A stretch of 63,646 nucleotides of DNA, counting the filler, from Lama guanicoe (taxonomy: Eukaryota), in the NCBI GenBank assembly GCA_013239625.1. It is 166 parts of 166 records of this genome, joined end to end, with 100 filler letters (N's around TTAATTAATTAA, not from the genome) between each part and the next. Parts side by side here need not be neighbours in the genome. Positions count along the whole stretch, not along the records: positions 62,977 to 63,261 come from PNXV01053067.1; positions 63,362 to 63,646 come from PNXV01053068.1; 164 more parts are not named here. The stretch is one strand, 5' to 3'. The position numbers were made by a program, and so were the translations under genes. The notes below the pieces were generated by a model. That model saw nothing but the letters and a program-made list of their open reading frames with translations. It was not told the DNA's origin and searched no databases. Numbering within the stretch: position 1 is the first letter of the stretch; every line of letters starts with the position of its first letter. Below are positions 62,977-63,646 of this stretch, piece after piece.

Positions 62977-63261
62977 CCCATTATTTTCAAGGAAGCCTGT
63001 ATAATCAGCAGGATCACTTTAATATGACCATGGGCGTGTTCAGTTGCACCACTCCTGGTGTGTACGGTTTTGACTTGACATTGAGCTGTGTCAGAGATCC
63101 GTGAAGATAGGACTCACAAGAAATGGCATCCAGGTCAGACAGCAGCAAACCCAAGCTGAAGACAGCTATAAATGTGCTTCAAGATCGGTCATTGTGCACC
63201 TGGAGAAGGAGGACAAGTTCTGGCTGGAATTCAAGCTGGATGAAGCATAATCTGAAAAGGG
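62977..63261 (+). pseudogene. Disabled C1q-domain gene, hibernation-associated plasma protein HP-20 homolog-like
   Basis: Reconstructed PIIFKEA/YNQQDHFNMTMGVFSCTTPGVYGFD/DIELCQRSVKIGLTRNGIQV..VIVHLEKEDKFWLEFKLDEA*SEKG needs two 1-nt frameshifts and has TAA at 63248-63250. Confidence 0.8.
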
Positions 63262-63646
63262 NNNNNNNNNNNNNNNNNNNNNNNNNNNNNNNNNNNNNNN
63301 NNNNNTTAATTAATTAANNNNNNNNNNNNNNNNNNNNNNNNNNNNNNNNNNNNNNNNNNNNACATAATTAAAGGGAGCTTACACATCCAGAAATCAGAGT
63401 GGAAGCGTTTTCTAATATACGTATGCTGTTGCTCTTCTGTAATTGCTAAACCTATTCTTTCTATAATGTGGAGTATTTTTTAAAAATGAACTATAATGAC
63501 AATTGTCAATCGGCAAACATATCTTTAATAAAGGTCACCCTTTCTGATGCATTAAAGATGTATGTCCTATTATTGGCATCTTCTGTAGGAAGAAATTCAA
63601 TTTTCTGTAATCCTGTGGTTCTCCTATTGTGAAAGCGTATTTTTTT

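Overview
This window is not contiguous DNA. It is an artificial concatenation of about 165 short unplaced contigs (each about 280-285 bp, roughly sorted by increasing length), joined by an identical 100-bp linker N44-TTAATTAATTAA-N44 that places stop codons in all six frames. About a quarter of the window is linker. Neighbouring contigs have no biological linkage, and ORF-track entries ending in X...LIN or X...N are linker artefacts. The contigs are mammalian and most probably camelid, based on several copies of a tRNA-derived Vic-1-like SINE and a Cetartiodactyla-type L1 3' UTR. Most are interspersed-repeat fragments (L1, L2, MIR, MER5A, MLT1/MLT2, MER21-like and ERV LTRs), microsatellites or anonymous sequence. 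Recognisable gene pieces: a THADA exon, an MKI67 repeat, two olfactory receptors (OR4A47-like, OR5M-like), an ARHGAP20-like exon, three ANKRD26-family exons, an LRC-type Ig-domain exon, a frameshifted PARD3 exon copy, a disabled HP-20-like C1q-domain gene, and an intact ORF resembling an endogenous retrovirus Env surface subunit. There are also two satellite-like repeats (249-bp and 104-bp periods) and a doubly deleted L1. No multi-gene novel system can be supported from this material; the best leads are the Env-like ORF, the HP-20 pseudogene, the satellites and the compacted L1. Family and gene assignments rest on recalled sequences, not database searches.
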